In this document: piece by piece, positions 8,810-18,596 of the stretch
Layout of the letters: each line of letters opens with the position of its first letter
Position numbering within the stretch: the first letter of the stretch is position 1
Source of the DNA: Candidatus Aenigmatarchaeota archaeon
GTDB taxonomy: Archaea > Aenigmatarchaeota > Aenigmatarchaeia > CG10238-14 > SpSt-28
NCBI GenBank assembly: GCA_038733315.1
Contig: JAVYPJ010000001.1
Location: 171,469-235,468, forward strand
Reading direction: 5' to 3'
Length of the DNA: 64,000 nt
Notes under the pieces: model-generated
The model's input: the letters and a program-made list of their open reading frames with translations, nothing else
Told to the model about the DNA's origin: nothing
The model's database searches: none
Program-made: the position numbers and the translations under genes

Positions 8810-11527
8810 ATGAGCACTGAAAGATTTTTTTTAATAGACGTTGATTATGATGTTATCGACGATAAACCATTAATAAGGATTTATGGAAAAACAAAAGATA
8901 ATAAATCAATAACAGTTTTTTATAGAGATTTTTTTCCATATTTTTATGTTAAAACGAAAGATTTAGAAAAAACAATTGATTTTATAGATAAAAATTTTAA
9001 AAATTTAATTGTTAAAGTGGAAATAGTTAATAAATATTTACCTATAGGTTTTAAAAACAAAAAAGACGAACTTTTAAAAATATATTTAAAGCATCCGGCT
9101 AAGGTACCTATCGTTAGAGATCAGCTAATGAGCTTAGAATTTATAGAGGGAATTTTTGAAGCTGATATACTTTTTAAGTATAGGTTTATGGCAGATTTTG
9201 GTCTTTATGGTTGTAAGTGGTATGAAGCTGAAGGAGTTTATGTTAATAATACATCTACTGTTTTCACAGATTTAAAGTTCGAGGCGAAAATTTTTAAAGA
9301 AGTAGAAGATATAACTAATCCAAAATTTAAGATATTATCAATAGATATTGAAGTGGCTAATGACATCGGCATGCCAAACCCGAAAAACCATCCAATATCT
9401 ATAATTTCTTTAAGTTTTTTCCCAGAGTTTAAAGATAAGAAAAGTCTTGTTTTACTTTCCAAAAAAATTATAAATAAAGAAAATTTAGATATTTTGTGTT
9501 TCGAAAATGAAGAAGAAATGCTAAAAAAATTTGTGGATATTGTTAAGGAATATAATCCAGATTTTATTATAGGTTATAACATCAACAATTTTGATATACC
9601 TTATATAATCGAAAGATTAAAAATAAACAACATCAAACCATATCTTGGTAGAGTTAAAAAGAGTTGTAAAAGTATAAAACTTAATGAGGGAAAATATAAA
9701 AACACAATTACTGGAAGAGTAATAGTAGATTTTTATGAGATATTTAAGGAATTTTCAAAAAAAGGAATGTTTAAAACAAAAAGATTGGGTTTAGGTGATG
9801 TCGCAAGTGCTTTAATTGGAAAAACGAAAGAGGATGTTGATCATAGTGAAATTAAAAAGCTTTGGGATGGGGATATTGATGATATTTTAAGATTAGTTAA
9901 GTATGCGAAAAAAGATGCTGAGCTTGTTTTAGAAATTATGTTAAGTAGAGATTTCCTCTCTCAATACATAGAAATTTCTAGATTGAGTGGTTTATTACTT
10001 CAAGATTCCTTAGCTGGCTCAGAATCTTCAAGAATAGAACAGTTTCTATTAATAGAATTTAATAAAAACGATTTTGTAATTCCGAATAAACCAACTAAAA
10101 AAGAGCTCAAAGAGAGGGAAAAAGAAAGGGTTAAGGGTGCTATTGTTTTAGAGCCAAAAACTGGCTTGCATGAATATGTTATTTATTTGGATTTTAAATC
10201 GCTATACCCAAGTTTAATAATTCAGTATAATATATGTCCAACAACATACGTTAGGAAAAAAGAGGAATTAGATGAAGAAATAGAATTAATTCAATCGCCA
10301 ATAAACACCTTTTTTGTTTCAAAAAATGTAAGGGAAGGAATTTTTCCAAGAGTTTTAAAAAGATTAATAGATGAAAGAGATATGATTAAAAAATTAATGA
10401 AAAACGAAAAGGATGAGGTTAGAAAAAAACTTTTAGATGCAAAACAATTAGCTCTAAAAAGTCTAGCAAATTCTTTTTATGGATATACAGGATATCTTAG
10501 GGCAAGATTTTTTATTGCTGATATTGCTAATACAATAACTGCTTATGGTAGATATTGGATAACTAATGTTAAAAAACTTATAGAAAGCGTTGGTTATGAG
10601 GTTGTTTATGGCGATACAGATTCAGTTATGATTAAGGTTAATGTGAATTCGATGGAAGAGGCATTTAAAAAAGGATTGGAAATAGAAAAATTTATCAATT
10701 CTAACACTCCTGAAAATATAAAAATGAAGTTAGAAGGTATAATGAAAAAGATATTATTAATAACAAAAAAGAAATATTTCGGATATTTGTTTGAGAGTAA
10801 TAATGACAGCGGAAAAATCCTTATGAAAGGTGTAGAAACAGTAAGAAGGGATTGGTGTGATTTGGTTTCTGAGACTTTGAGTAAAGTAATTGAAATACTT
10901 TTAATTACAGGTGATGAAAGGAAAGCTTTTGATTATGTTAGGGAAATATTTAGAAAGTTAAAAAATAATGAAATAGATCCACAAAAACTAGCTATAGTAA
11001 AATCAATCTCAAGACCTATTGAAAAATATAAAGGGCAACAACCACACATAGAATTAATAAAGAAAATGAGAAAAAGAAATGAGCCTAATATACCTGGTGT
11101 TGGTGATAGGGTAAGTTATGTAATAGTTTCCGGGCCACAAAAAATTGTTGAAAGAGCAGAGAGTGTTGATTATGTTAAAAAACATAAAATACCAATAGAT
11201 GCAGAATACTATATACATCATCAATTATTACCACCCTTAGAAAGAATTTTTGAAGTGATAGGTATATCTTCTTCACAGTTTATTACTGGAAGTAAACAGA
11301 TATCTATTCTATCCATTATACAGAATGGAAATGGTAATGGAAAGAAAGATTATAGTGAAAAGATTCCAAATAATGAAATAAGAATCGAAGAGCTTGAAGG
11401 TTTTATATGTAACAGTTGTTCAACTATATACAGAAGAGTACCATTAAATGGTTTTTGTGAAATATGTAATGGTGAAATAGTATTTTATTCACAAACATTA
11501 AAAACAAAAATATTATCTATAACATAG
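8810..11527 (+). CDS. polB: DNA polymerase, family B (no inteins)
   Basis: Exo I 'ILSIDIEVA'. Pol motif A 'DFKSLYPSLIIQYNI'. Motif B 'KSLANSFYGYTGY'. Motif C 'VVYGDTDSVMI'. C-terminal Cys4 zinc module 'CNSCST...CEICNG'. Confidence 0.92.
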   Translation: MSTERFFLIDVDYDVIDDKPLIRIYGKTKDNKSITVFYRDFFPYFYVKTKDLEKTIDFIDKNFKNLIVKVEIVNKYLPIGFKNKKDELLKIYLKHPAKVPIVRDQLMSLEFIEGIFEADILFKYRFMADFGLYGCKWYEAEGVYVNNTSTVFTDLKFEAKIFKEVEDITNPKFKILSIDIEVANDIGMPNPKNHPISIISLSFFPEFKDKKSLVLLSKKIINKENLDILCFENEEEMLKKFVDIVKEYNPDFIIGYNINNFDIPYIIERLKINNIKPYLGRVKKSCKSIKLNEGKYKNTITGRVIVDFYEIFKEFSKKGMFKTKRLGLGDVASALIGKTKEDVDHSEIKKLWDGDIDDILRLVKYAKKDAELVLEIMLSRDFLSQYIEISRLSGLLLQDSLAGSESSRIEQFLLIEFNKNDFVIPNKPTKKELKEREKERVKGAIVLEPKTGLHEYVIYLDFKSLYPSLIIQYNICPTTYVRKKEELDEEIELIQSPINTFFVSKNVREGIFPRVLKRLIDERDMIKKLMKNEKDEVRKKLLDAKQLALKSLANSFYGYTGYLRARFFIADIANTITAYGRYWITNVKKLIESVGYEVVYGDTDSVMIKVNVNSMEEAFKKGLEIEKFINSNTPENIKMKLEGIMKKILLITKKKYFGYLFESNNDSGKILMKGVETVRRDWCDLVSETLSKVIEILLITGDERKAFDYVREIFRKLKNNEIDPQKLAIVKSISRPIEKYKGQQPHIELIKKMRKRNEPNIPGVGDRVSYVIVSGPQKIVERAESVDYVKKHKIPIDAEYYIHHQLLPPLERIFEVIGISSSQFITGSKQISILSIIQNGNGNGKKDYSEKIPNNEIRIEELEGFICNSCSTIYRRVPLNGFCEICNGEIVFYSQTLKTKILSIT

Positions 11528-11537
11528 AATTTTTGTT

Positions 11538-12089
11538 ATGAATATATCAAGTATAGTAAACATTTTGGATAAATCTGTGTTTACTTTTTTGTCTATTATA
11601 GACTTTTCTCAAATTTACCTAATTTCTTTTTTTACTTACTATTTTTTTTACCTCTTTTTTTTATTGTTTTTTATATACCTATATTTTTTTGAGAGAAATA
11701 ACAAAATAGTAAAAACCTTAGTTATTTTATCTTTGATTGGTTTTTGTTTTGTTTATGGTTTCAAATATTTTTTTAAAAAAGAGAGGCCTGTTGGAATTGT
11801 TGAAAAGTTAGATTATTCCTTTCCGTCTTCTCATGCTTATTTTGCAACCCTGGTTTTAATAGTTTCATATCTCTATGTTAGAAACTATTTTCTAAAATCT
11901 TTTTTTATAGTTCTTTCATTGTTCTTATTCTTTTCTATTTTAGTTTTAAAAATTCATTATTTTTCTGATGTAATATTTTCTACATTTCTTGCTTGTTTAT
12001 TCTTTTATATATTTAATAATAAGAGAGATATTTTACAAAAAATCGTAGAAAAAGTGAGAAGAGTATCGAAAAAGATATTAGAACATTAA
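11538..12089 (+). CDS. PAP2-family membrane phosphatase (candidate dolichyl/undecaprenyl-pyrophosphate phosphatase)
   Basis: PAP2 signature KxxxxxRP ('KKERPVG'), PSGH ('SFPSSHA') and SRxxxxxHxxxD-like 'IHYFSDV'. Polytopic membrane protein. Adjacent to the aglB locus. Confidence 0.6.
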   Translation: MNISSIVNILDKSVFTFLSIIDFSQIYLISFFTYYFFYLFFLLFFIYLYFFERNNKIVKTLVILSLIGFCFVYGFKYFFKKERPVGIVEKLDYSFPSSHAYFATLVLIVSYLYVRNYFLKSFFIVLSLFLFFSILVLKIHYFSDVIFSTFLACLFFYIFNNKRDILQKIVEKVRRVSKKILEH

Positions 12090-13443
12090 AGAAAAAGAAT
12101 GAAAGTGAAAACAAAACAAATATAGATAATATTAAGAAATTATATTTTTTAAATTCTCTACTAAAAACTTCTATTAACATTAAACTTATAAGAGTTAGTG
12201 AAAATGTAAAAATGGATATAAAAACTTTACCATAAAATAAATAAGTCAGAAATATTGTAGAAAAAATAAATAAAAATAACAATTCATAATTCATTTTTTT
12301 AAACTTTATAGAATGAATCGTAAAAAGTACAAAAACAAGAAAAGAAAAAAATGGTATGAAAATTAACGAAGAAATTATTAAGGGTATGTATAATAGAATT
12401 TCAAGATTTTTTATTCTAAATATTAGATAAATTGTTAGAAGAGTAAGTATAGCTAATAAAATTTTTTCTGGTGTAAATATGTTGAAGTTTTCTTCTATGC
12501 TAAAATCTTCCTTATCTATCAAATTGGAAACTATGACATTTTTTATATTTTCACCATGCTTATTATCTTCAAAAAATATTGAGATATAATGAGTATAATT
12601 TTTATATGGTAGAAAAGACTCAAAAATTTTCATGTTTTTATATTCTATAACAAGTTTAGCGTCGTAGTACTTTTCTAATTGAATTAATTTTAGCGGAATA
12701 TTTTCAATGTTTTTAATTAAGTTTTTGTATGCGGAATCATCTATTTTTATAGTTAGATTTACAAAATAATTTCCTGATTTTTGAATACTTATATCTTTAA
12801 TATTACTCTGATTAAATAAATAGATTTTAACTGTTACATTGTTTTCAGAAATATAAACTTTATCATATAACTCATATAATTTTTCTATAGGAACTTCTTC
12901 GTTTAATATCTTAACTGTATTATTCTCTTCTATTTTAAATTCTCTTTCTATATAAAAATGCAAATTTTTTTCTGAAGATAATATATTCAAAAGATTATAA
13001 TCTTTTGGTAATATGATTTTGTTGTTATCTAATATAAAATTTTTATAGCCTAACATCTCAATTAATTTTTTATTCTTTTCTGCATTCTTTATAACTATTC
13101 TCTCTAAGTTCGTTGGTTTGAAAAATAGTTTATACTCTTTTTCTTCAACCTCAAAAACATAGTTTTCAAGAGCCTTACATCTAACTATCTTATTATTTGA
13201 TAATATAAAAATAGTTTGATTTGGAGTTATTTGTTTTTTTATTTCTTCAAAGTTTTCTATCGATTTTATATCTCTATCATTAATTCCATTAAGCTCATCA
13301 CCAATTCTTATAAATTCTTCACACTCAAAATTTTCAAAGTTTTTTATTACTATACTTTTTTTGTCAGGTATTAGAAAAAGTATTAGTAGAAGTATTAATG
13401 GCAATACTATTAAAACTATTTTTGGTAAAATATTTTCTTTCAT
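12013..13443 (-). CDS. hypothetical membrane protein (N-terminal anchor, large extracytoplasmic domain, C-terminal TM bundle)
   Basis: Hydropathy pattern only. Many NxS/T sequons. Lies between the PAP2 gene and aglB. Confidence 0.35.
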   Translation of the reverse strand: MKENILPKIVLIVLPLILLLILFLIPDKKSIVIKNFENFECEEFIRIGDELNGINDRDIKSIENFEEIKKQITPNQTIFILSNNKIVRCKALENYVFEVEEKEYKLFFKPTNLERIVIKNAEKNKKLIEMLGYKNFILDNNKIILPKDYNLLNILSSEKNLHFYIEREFKIEENNTVKILNEEVPIEKLYELYDKVYISENNVTVKIYLFNQSNIKDISIQKSGNYFVNLTIKIDDSAYKNLIKNIENIPLKLIQLEKYYDAKLVIEYKNMKIFESFLPYKNYTHYISIFFEDNKHGENIKNVIVSNLIDKEDFSIEENFNIFTPEKILLAILTLLTIYLIFRIKNLEILLYIPLIISSLIFIPFFSFLVFVLFTIHSIKFKKMNYELLFLFIFSTIFLTYLFYGKVFISIFTFSLTLISLMLIEVFSREFKKYNFLILSIFVLFSLSFFFFNVLISFSILFSLFLRFFVKYLSYY

Positions 13444-13446
13444 AAT

Positions 13447-15813
13447 TTATGAGAACAAAACTTCATAAATCTTAACTTCGTAGTTGCTAAAAACTAACTT
13501 AAACTTTTCTAAACCTAAGCCATTTAAGAAATACATTTTTGTAAATAGAGAATCTTTTATTTCATCATCAGCAATATAAAGATATCGTAGTGTGGGATCT
13601 ATTATTACCATATAATTTCTATCCCATTTTCTTCCAAAAGCTTCTTGATCTATTATTATTGGTTGATCTTGAGAGTAATATACAAGATACCTTATTCTCT
13701 CTTTATTCATGAGATAGGCGGTAAGAATAGATTGATTATTAAACGTTTCCGGCCTTATAGTAACATCTATATCTTTTATTTCCTCACCTATCATTACTTT
13801 AGATGTATAAACTAAATAATTTTTTTCTATATCAGATTTCCTAGTGTTTAAAATAAATATTGAGTACATTTTACCTTCTGCATAGTTGTTTTTGTAGAAA
13901 AAGTTTTCAATACCACTTTTTGTATAGCATACAGAATTATCTGGATAATATTTTCTTAGGCAAGAAGAAAAATAATATGGCCAATAGAATTTAAATATAA
14001 GATCGTTACTAGCTATAAAATATATTTTTTTAATAGTTATGTTACATATTTCTTCTCTAAACAAGGTCGGATAAACTTCTTTAACTTTTTTACAATCCTC
14101 TTCAGATAACTTAGTATATTTCTTAAGAATTTCATACGCTTCAGTTTCGTTTTGAGTTGTCAATATTCTACCCATATCTTGAATTCTAATGTTATGGTCG
14201 AATGGAATACAACCAAAATTTTCTGTTTTACCACAATGCATACCATCTGCATGAACTCTTACACCAGCATATCCTGCTAATATTACTCCAGGATCCCACC
14301 AGGTAGCTACTAAGGTATACTTATCGGAATTTTCTTTTAAGAAGTTTAGTGCATCTAACCAATCTTTACTTACTTCATAACTTCCTTTTAATCTACTTGC
14401 AGTGAATGTTGCGACATCTAAATATAAAAACAAAAATACAAGGATTAAAGAAAAGAAAAATATTTTAAATAAATTTTTCGCTTCATCACTTCTTATTCTC
14501 TCTATTAGAAAATTGTATGAGAATATCAAGACATATGACGAAACTACTACAAGACATGATGTGAATTGCAATATAAATCTTACTCCCTGGGAAATATAGA
14601 AGAGGCAAATTAAAAACCAAGATAATAAAAACAAATCAATCCAATTTATATTCTTTTTGAAAAATTTATATAATAAAATAGGGAAGTACATTATCGATAA
14701 AGCAAATAGTATAGCACCAACCGGCCAGCCACCTATTCTTGATGTAATTGTTTCTATACCTTCTTTACTGAATAGATTAAATTTCTGCAATTCCGCTACT
14801 GATTTATTTACTAACATAGCACTTTCTAAACCTTTTTGAAATAGTAAAGATAACATCCAAATAGACATGTCTATTGGTTTTGGAAATAGGTTATTAGCGT
14901 TAAATATTTTTTCTAAGAGAATTAAAGAAAGTTGCGTAACTATTATTAGTAGAAAAACTAGAATAAAGATGTTTAAAGAGCTTAGTAACGAAGAGAAAAA
15001 GGAGTTGAGATATTTTTCTGAGTTGGCTCTTTCATAAGAAAAAACTTTTGTTACAAAGTTTGTAATGAAATGAATCAATATAAACAAGAAAATGAATGGT
15101 AAAAAATAGAAAGCTGCTATCCAATTCCATGCAAATAGTATATAAACAATTGTTGTAACGATAAAATATGGTAATATTTTTATGATTTTGTTAAGATTTT
15201 TAAGAAATATAAAATTTATTTCATAATCAAAGAACTTTTTAAACAAAACTATTGTTGATAGAATTGTTAGGTGTGTAAAAAGTACATAAACAACATCCAA
15301 ATCTACATATCCAGCCATAGAAGTTGTAATAAAAGCTGGAGATAGCACAAGTAGGAAAGAGCCGAAGAGCGCAGCTATATTACTTTTAGTTATATATCTT
15401 ATTAAAAAGAAACAAGGAATGGCTGTTATTGCTGCATATACAGCTACAAAATAAACACTAAATTTTTCTAAGGATAATTTCACAAAATCTCTGAGTAAAA
15501 TATAACTAATTGCTAAAGTGTAGCTATATCCCCAATAAAAAGCTGGTCTCCCTGGTGGAAAATGGCTGAGTTCATCCCAATCCGCTAAAACGAACCTTTT
15601 TTCTTTATCCCATCTTTCTACTATTTCCTTAGCATATCTGAACCACCACCATGGGTCATAATCGGAAGGCATTTCTAGATAAGATGTAAACGACCTTACA
15701 ACATAGGCAAAAATCATTATTAAAATCAATGAGATTAATACGAGAATGTTTTGTATATTAATTTTTTTTGTTACAACTTCTCTTAATTTTTCCGTTTTTT
15801 TAGATTTCTTCAT
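13447..15813 (-). CDS. aglB: archaeal oligosaccharyltransferase AglB (STT3 homologue)
   Basis: Multi-TM N-terminal domain followed by 'TWWDPGVILAGYAG' (the WWDYG motif). Size (788 aa) and topology fit STT3/AglB. Confidence 0.8.
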   Translation of the reverse strand: MKKSKKTEKLREVVTKKINIQNILVLISLILIMIFAYVVRSFTSYLEMPSDYDPWWWFRYAKEIVERWDKEKRFVLADWDELSHFPPGRPAFYWGYSYTLAISYILLRDFVKLSLEKFSVYFVAVYAAITAIPCFFLIRYITKSNIAALFGSFLLVLSPAFITTSMAGYVDLDVVYVLFTHLTILSTIVLFKKFFDYEINFIFLKNLNKIIKILPYFIVTTIVYILFAWNWIAAFYFLPFIFLFILIHFITNFVTKVFSYERANSEKYLNSFFSSLLSSLNIFILVFLLIIVTQLSLILLEKIFNANNLFPKPIDMSIWMLSLLFQKGLESAMLVNKSVAELQKFNLFSKEGIETITSRIGGWPVGAILFALSIMYFPILLYKFFKKNINWIDLFLLSWFLICLFYISQGVRFILQFTSCLVVVSSYVLIFSYNFLIERIRSDEAKNLFKIFFFSLILVFLFLYLDVATFTASRLKGSYEVSKDWLDALNFLKENSDKYTLVATWWDPGVILAGYAGVRVHADGMHCGKTENFGCIPFDHNIRIQDMGRILTTQNETEAYEILKKYTKLSEEDCKKVKEVYPTLFREEICNITIKKIYFIASNDLIFKFYWPYYFSSCLRKYYPDNSVCYTKSGIENFFYKNNYAEGKMYSIFILNTRKSDIEKNYLVYTSKVMIGEEIKDIDVTIRPETFNNQSILTAYLMNKERIRYLVYYSQDQPIIIDQEAFGRKWDRNYMVIIDPTLRYLYIADDEIKDSLFTKMYFLNGLGLEKFKLVFSNYEVKIYEVLFS

Positions 15814-15849
15814 AAATTCTTTTTAATTCTTTTTTAAACTTATTAATTA

Positions 15850-17559
15850 ATGGAAATAGAGATTAAAGTAGATAAGGAGACAGTTAAAAGGATGTATAAA
15901 CCATTTATAGTAACGATTTTTTTGATTTTTTCTCTTATAATTTTTTATAATAATTTGAGAGTAGTTCTTAATTATCCTATAGTTTTTGGAGATGAGGGCT
16001 TCCATATGAAAATAGCTAAGGAAATGACATTAAGGAAAGAATTTATACACTTTTATTATTTTTTTGGACCTAATCATCAGGCTTCTGGATATCTTACAAC
16101 TTTTCATTTCATAGAGGCTTTTGGTTTTTTGATTTCAGAGTATTTTGCAAGGTTTTTGTTACCCTTTTCAATTTTTTTAATAGCTTTTTCGGTTTTTGCT
16201 CTGTTTTGGAAGCTATTTGATGAAAAAATAGCTTTATTATCAGCAATTCTAGTACAAGTTTTTCAATCTACAGTTATATACTCTACAACTTTTTATGTAG
16301 ATAATCTTTTCTTGCTATATAATTTTTTGGCTTTTTCTTTTCTTTTTATTTTTGCTAGGGAAAAAAATTTAAGATATTTGTTACTATCGTCTGTGTTTTT
16401 TTCATTACTCTTTTTTTCGAAGCCTATGTTAAATGTTGTGGCAGCTTTTAGTATATTTTTCTTAGTTCTATACTACTTATATTTGAAAGTTATAAACTAT
16501 AAACAGTTAGTATTATATTTTGTTTTTCCTTTAATGTTTTTTTCATCGATAATTTTGATGAATGTTAGTATATATAACAAAATATGTTATAATTATTGGT
16601 ATATTTCTGAAATAATTAACAAAATTTTAAAGTTAAGTGGCGAGTGTATAATAAGAACAACTGATTATGTTGAGAAGTATTCATATAAAGATTTTAGTGA
16701 TGTGACAGAAAGAGTTGGAAGCGAGCAGACACTTTTTGATTTTGGATTACTTAATTATATTTCTTTTGCATATGGAAACAGCTTATTTATAGTGTTTACC
16801 CTTTTTACATCTATTTGTTATATTTTGTTTAAAATGAGAAGATATGATATATTATTTCCATCTATTCCAATAATTTTGCTAACTATTGTATGGCTTTCAA
16901 CATTTTACATATTTTTTGGTGATTTAGGTATTTTTGGTAGAACAGAAGACGCAGCTAGATATACTTATATTTTCAATCCATTTCTTGCTCTTTACATCTC
17001 TCTTTTCATATATTTCATAAGAGATGTATGTAGTATTTTTTCAAGAAAAATAGATTTCACACTTTTATTTAATTTATCCTTTTTTGTTTTGGTGTTTTTT
17101 GTAATACTAATATTCTATCCGTTATATTCAGAAAAACTTGAAATAATGAAAAGAGTAAAATCGTTTTCTAGCAAGTTTTTCGAAGCATGCGATTGGGTAA
17201 AGAATAACATTAATTCTACAGAAACTTTATATTCTCTTTGGGGACAAAGAGTTTCGTATAACTGTGAAAGAAAGATGGTGGGTGTTTTGGATTTGAGATT
17301 TAGTAGAAACGCAACCGAAATATATGAAATTTCTAAAAAAATTGGTTTAAACTACTTTTTCATAGAAAAGTTTAGCATAGATCCATTAAACAGAAATTTT
17401 GCAGAGATGTATGATTTAGACTGGGTTAAAATTCTTTTAGAAAACCCACAATACTTTGAGAAGGTTTATGAAAACGGTGTTGAAATAAATTCTTGTATAA
17501 ATAATTACTTACCGAGAGGTTTAGTGTGCGATGGTGTAATAATTTTAAGAGTAGTTTAG
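15850..17559 (+). CDS. polytopic membrane protein, putative GT-C fold glycosyltransferase (ArnT/PMT-like)
   Basis: About 12 TM helices. An early-loop acidic motif 'FGDEGFHM' is like the GT-C DE/DD motif. Divergent from aglB, overlaps the GT2 gene. Confidence 0.4.
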   Translation: MEIEIKVDKETVKRMYKPFIVTIFLIFSLIIFYNNLRVVLNYPIVFGDEGFHMKIAKEMTLRKEFIHFYYFFGPNHQASGYLTTFHFIEAFGFLISEYFARFLLPFSIFLIAFSVFALFWKLFDEKIALLSAILVQVFQSTVIYSTTFYVDNLFLLYNFLAFSFLFIFAREKNLRYLLLSSVFFSLLFFSKPMLNVVAAFSIFFLVLYYLYLKVINYKQLVLYFVFPLMFFSSIILMNVSIYNKICYNYWYISEIINKILKLSGECIIRTTDYVEKYSYKDFSDVTERVGSEQTLFDFGLLNYISFAYGNSLFIVFTLFTSICYILFKMRRYDILFPSIPIILLTIVWLSTFYIFFGDLGIFGRTEDAARYTYIFNPFLALYISLFIYFIRDVCSIFSRKIDFTLLFNLSFFVLVFFVILIFYPLYSEKLEIMKRVKSFSSKFFEACDWVKNNINSTETLYSLWGQRVSYNCERKMVGVLDLRFSRNATEIYEISKKIGLNYFFIEKFSIDPLNRNFAEMYDLDWVKILLENPQYFEKVYENGVEINSCINNYLPRGLVCDGVIILRVV

Positions 17560-18570
17560 AAAACCAAATTTATGATTTACTAATTTTTTAAAATTTTCAA
17601 ATCCGTTATTACCAAAACCAATTTTTTTAGATAATTCTATTATCTTTTCACTTTTTACTAAATCTAGACTTTCATAGAAATCATTATTGTAGAATTTAAG
17701 CCAAATAATATAATACTTGTTAAAGTTTGGTAATATAGAGGCGATAAGACTTAAAGAATTTCTTAACCATTTTGGGTTAATAAGTTTTTTATATCCCAGC
17801 AGAACAGCTCTTATCATTTCTTGAAGCAAAATAAAAAGAATTAAAAGATAAAAGAACCCGATTTTTCCAAATTTCTTTAAAATAAAGTTTCTTAACTTTT
17901 CTGATAGTTTTATGTATCTATTTGAAGTTAGTCTAAATTCATCTCTAAACCAAAAATTAATTTTACTATCTGTGTAACATAACATTCTAAAACCTATTAC
18001 AAGTTTTTCTATTGTAAAATATTTTGTTGACCTCTTCAGCTTTTCTGATAAACTCAAAGAAAAATCGCTTCTAGTGTGTACTATTTTATATTTTTTTGGA
18101 AGTTTACATACATTTTCTGTTAATACGCTAAATCTAACAAAGGTAAGTCCAGTAGGATATGCAACACTTTTTTTAAAAAACATGAACATATAGATAAAAG
18201 TCTGGATATCTTCCTGTCTAAAAATTTTATAGGCATCATATTTGCCTTTAGACAATTTCCTTAAGTTTTTAAGTAAAAATAAATTTGGAAGTTCATCTGA
18301 ATCTAAAAATAAAATCCAATCATATTTACATTCGTTAATTCCAACCTTATAATAAAAATCAGCGATTCCTATTGGTGGGAGCCATACAACTCTTACTTTT
18401 CTATAACTTTTCTCTAAGTCTTTCATTAATTTCTTTTGATTTTCTTTAATGGAACTATCAATTATAACAATTTCATCAACATACGGATAAATAACTCTTA
18501 TCTGTTTACTAATAAGTTCATATTCATCTATCGAAAAAATTAGCGCGGAAATACCATATCTCATAATCAA
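17545..18570 (-). CDS. GT2-family glycosyltransferase (dolichyl-phosphate sugar synthase-like)
   Basis: N-terminal Rossmann-like 'ISALIFSIDEYELI...VDEIVIIDSS'. DxD motif 'ILFLDSDE'. C-terminal TM helix. Confidence 0.65.
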   Translation of the reverse strand: MIMRYGISALIFSIDEYELISKQIRVIYPYVDEIVIIDSSIKENQKKLMKDLEKSYRKVRVVWLPPIGIADFYYKVGINECKYDWILFLDSDELPNLFLLKNLRKLSKGKYDAYKIFRQEDIQTFIYMFMFFKKSVAYPTGLTFVRFSVLTENVCKLPKKYKIVHTRSDFSLSLSEKLKRSTKYFTIEKLVIGFRMLCYTDSKINFWFRDEFRLTSNRYIKLSEKLRNFILKKFGKIGFFYLLILFILLQEMIRAVLLGYKKLINPKWLRNSLSLIASILPNFNKYYIIWLKFYNNDFYESLDLVKSEKIIELSKKIGFGNNGFENFKKLVNHKFGFLNYS

Positions 18571-18596
18571 AAATTTAAACCTAATAATTTTTTATA

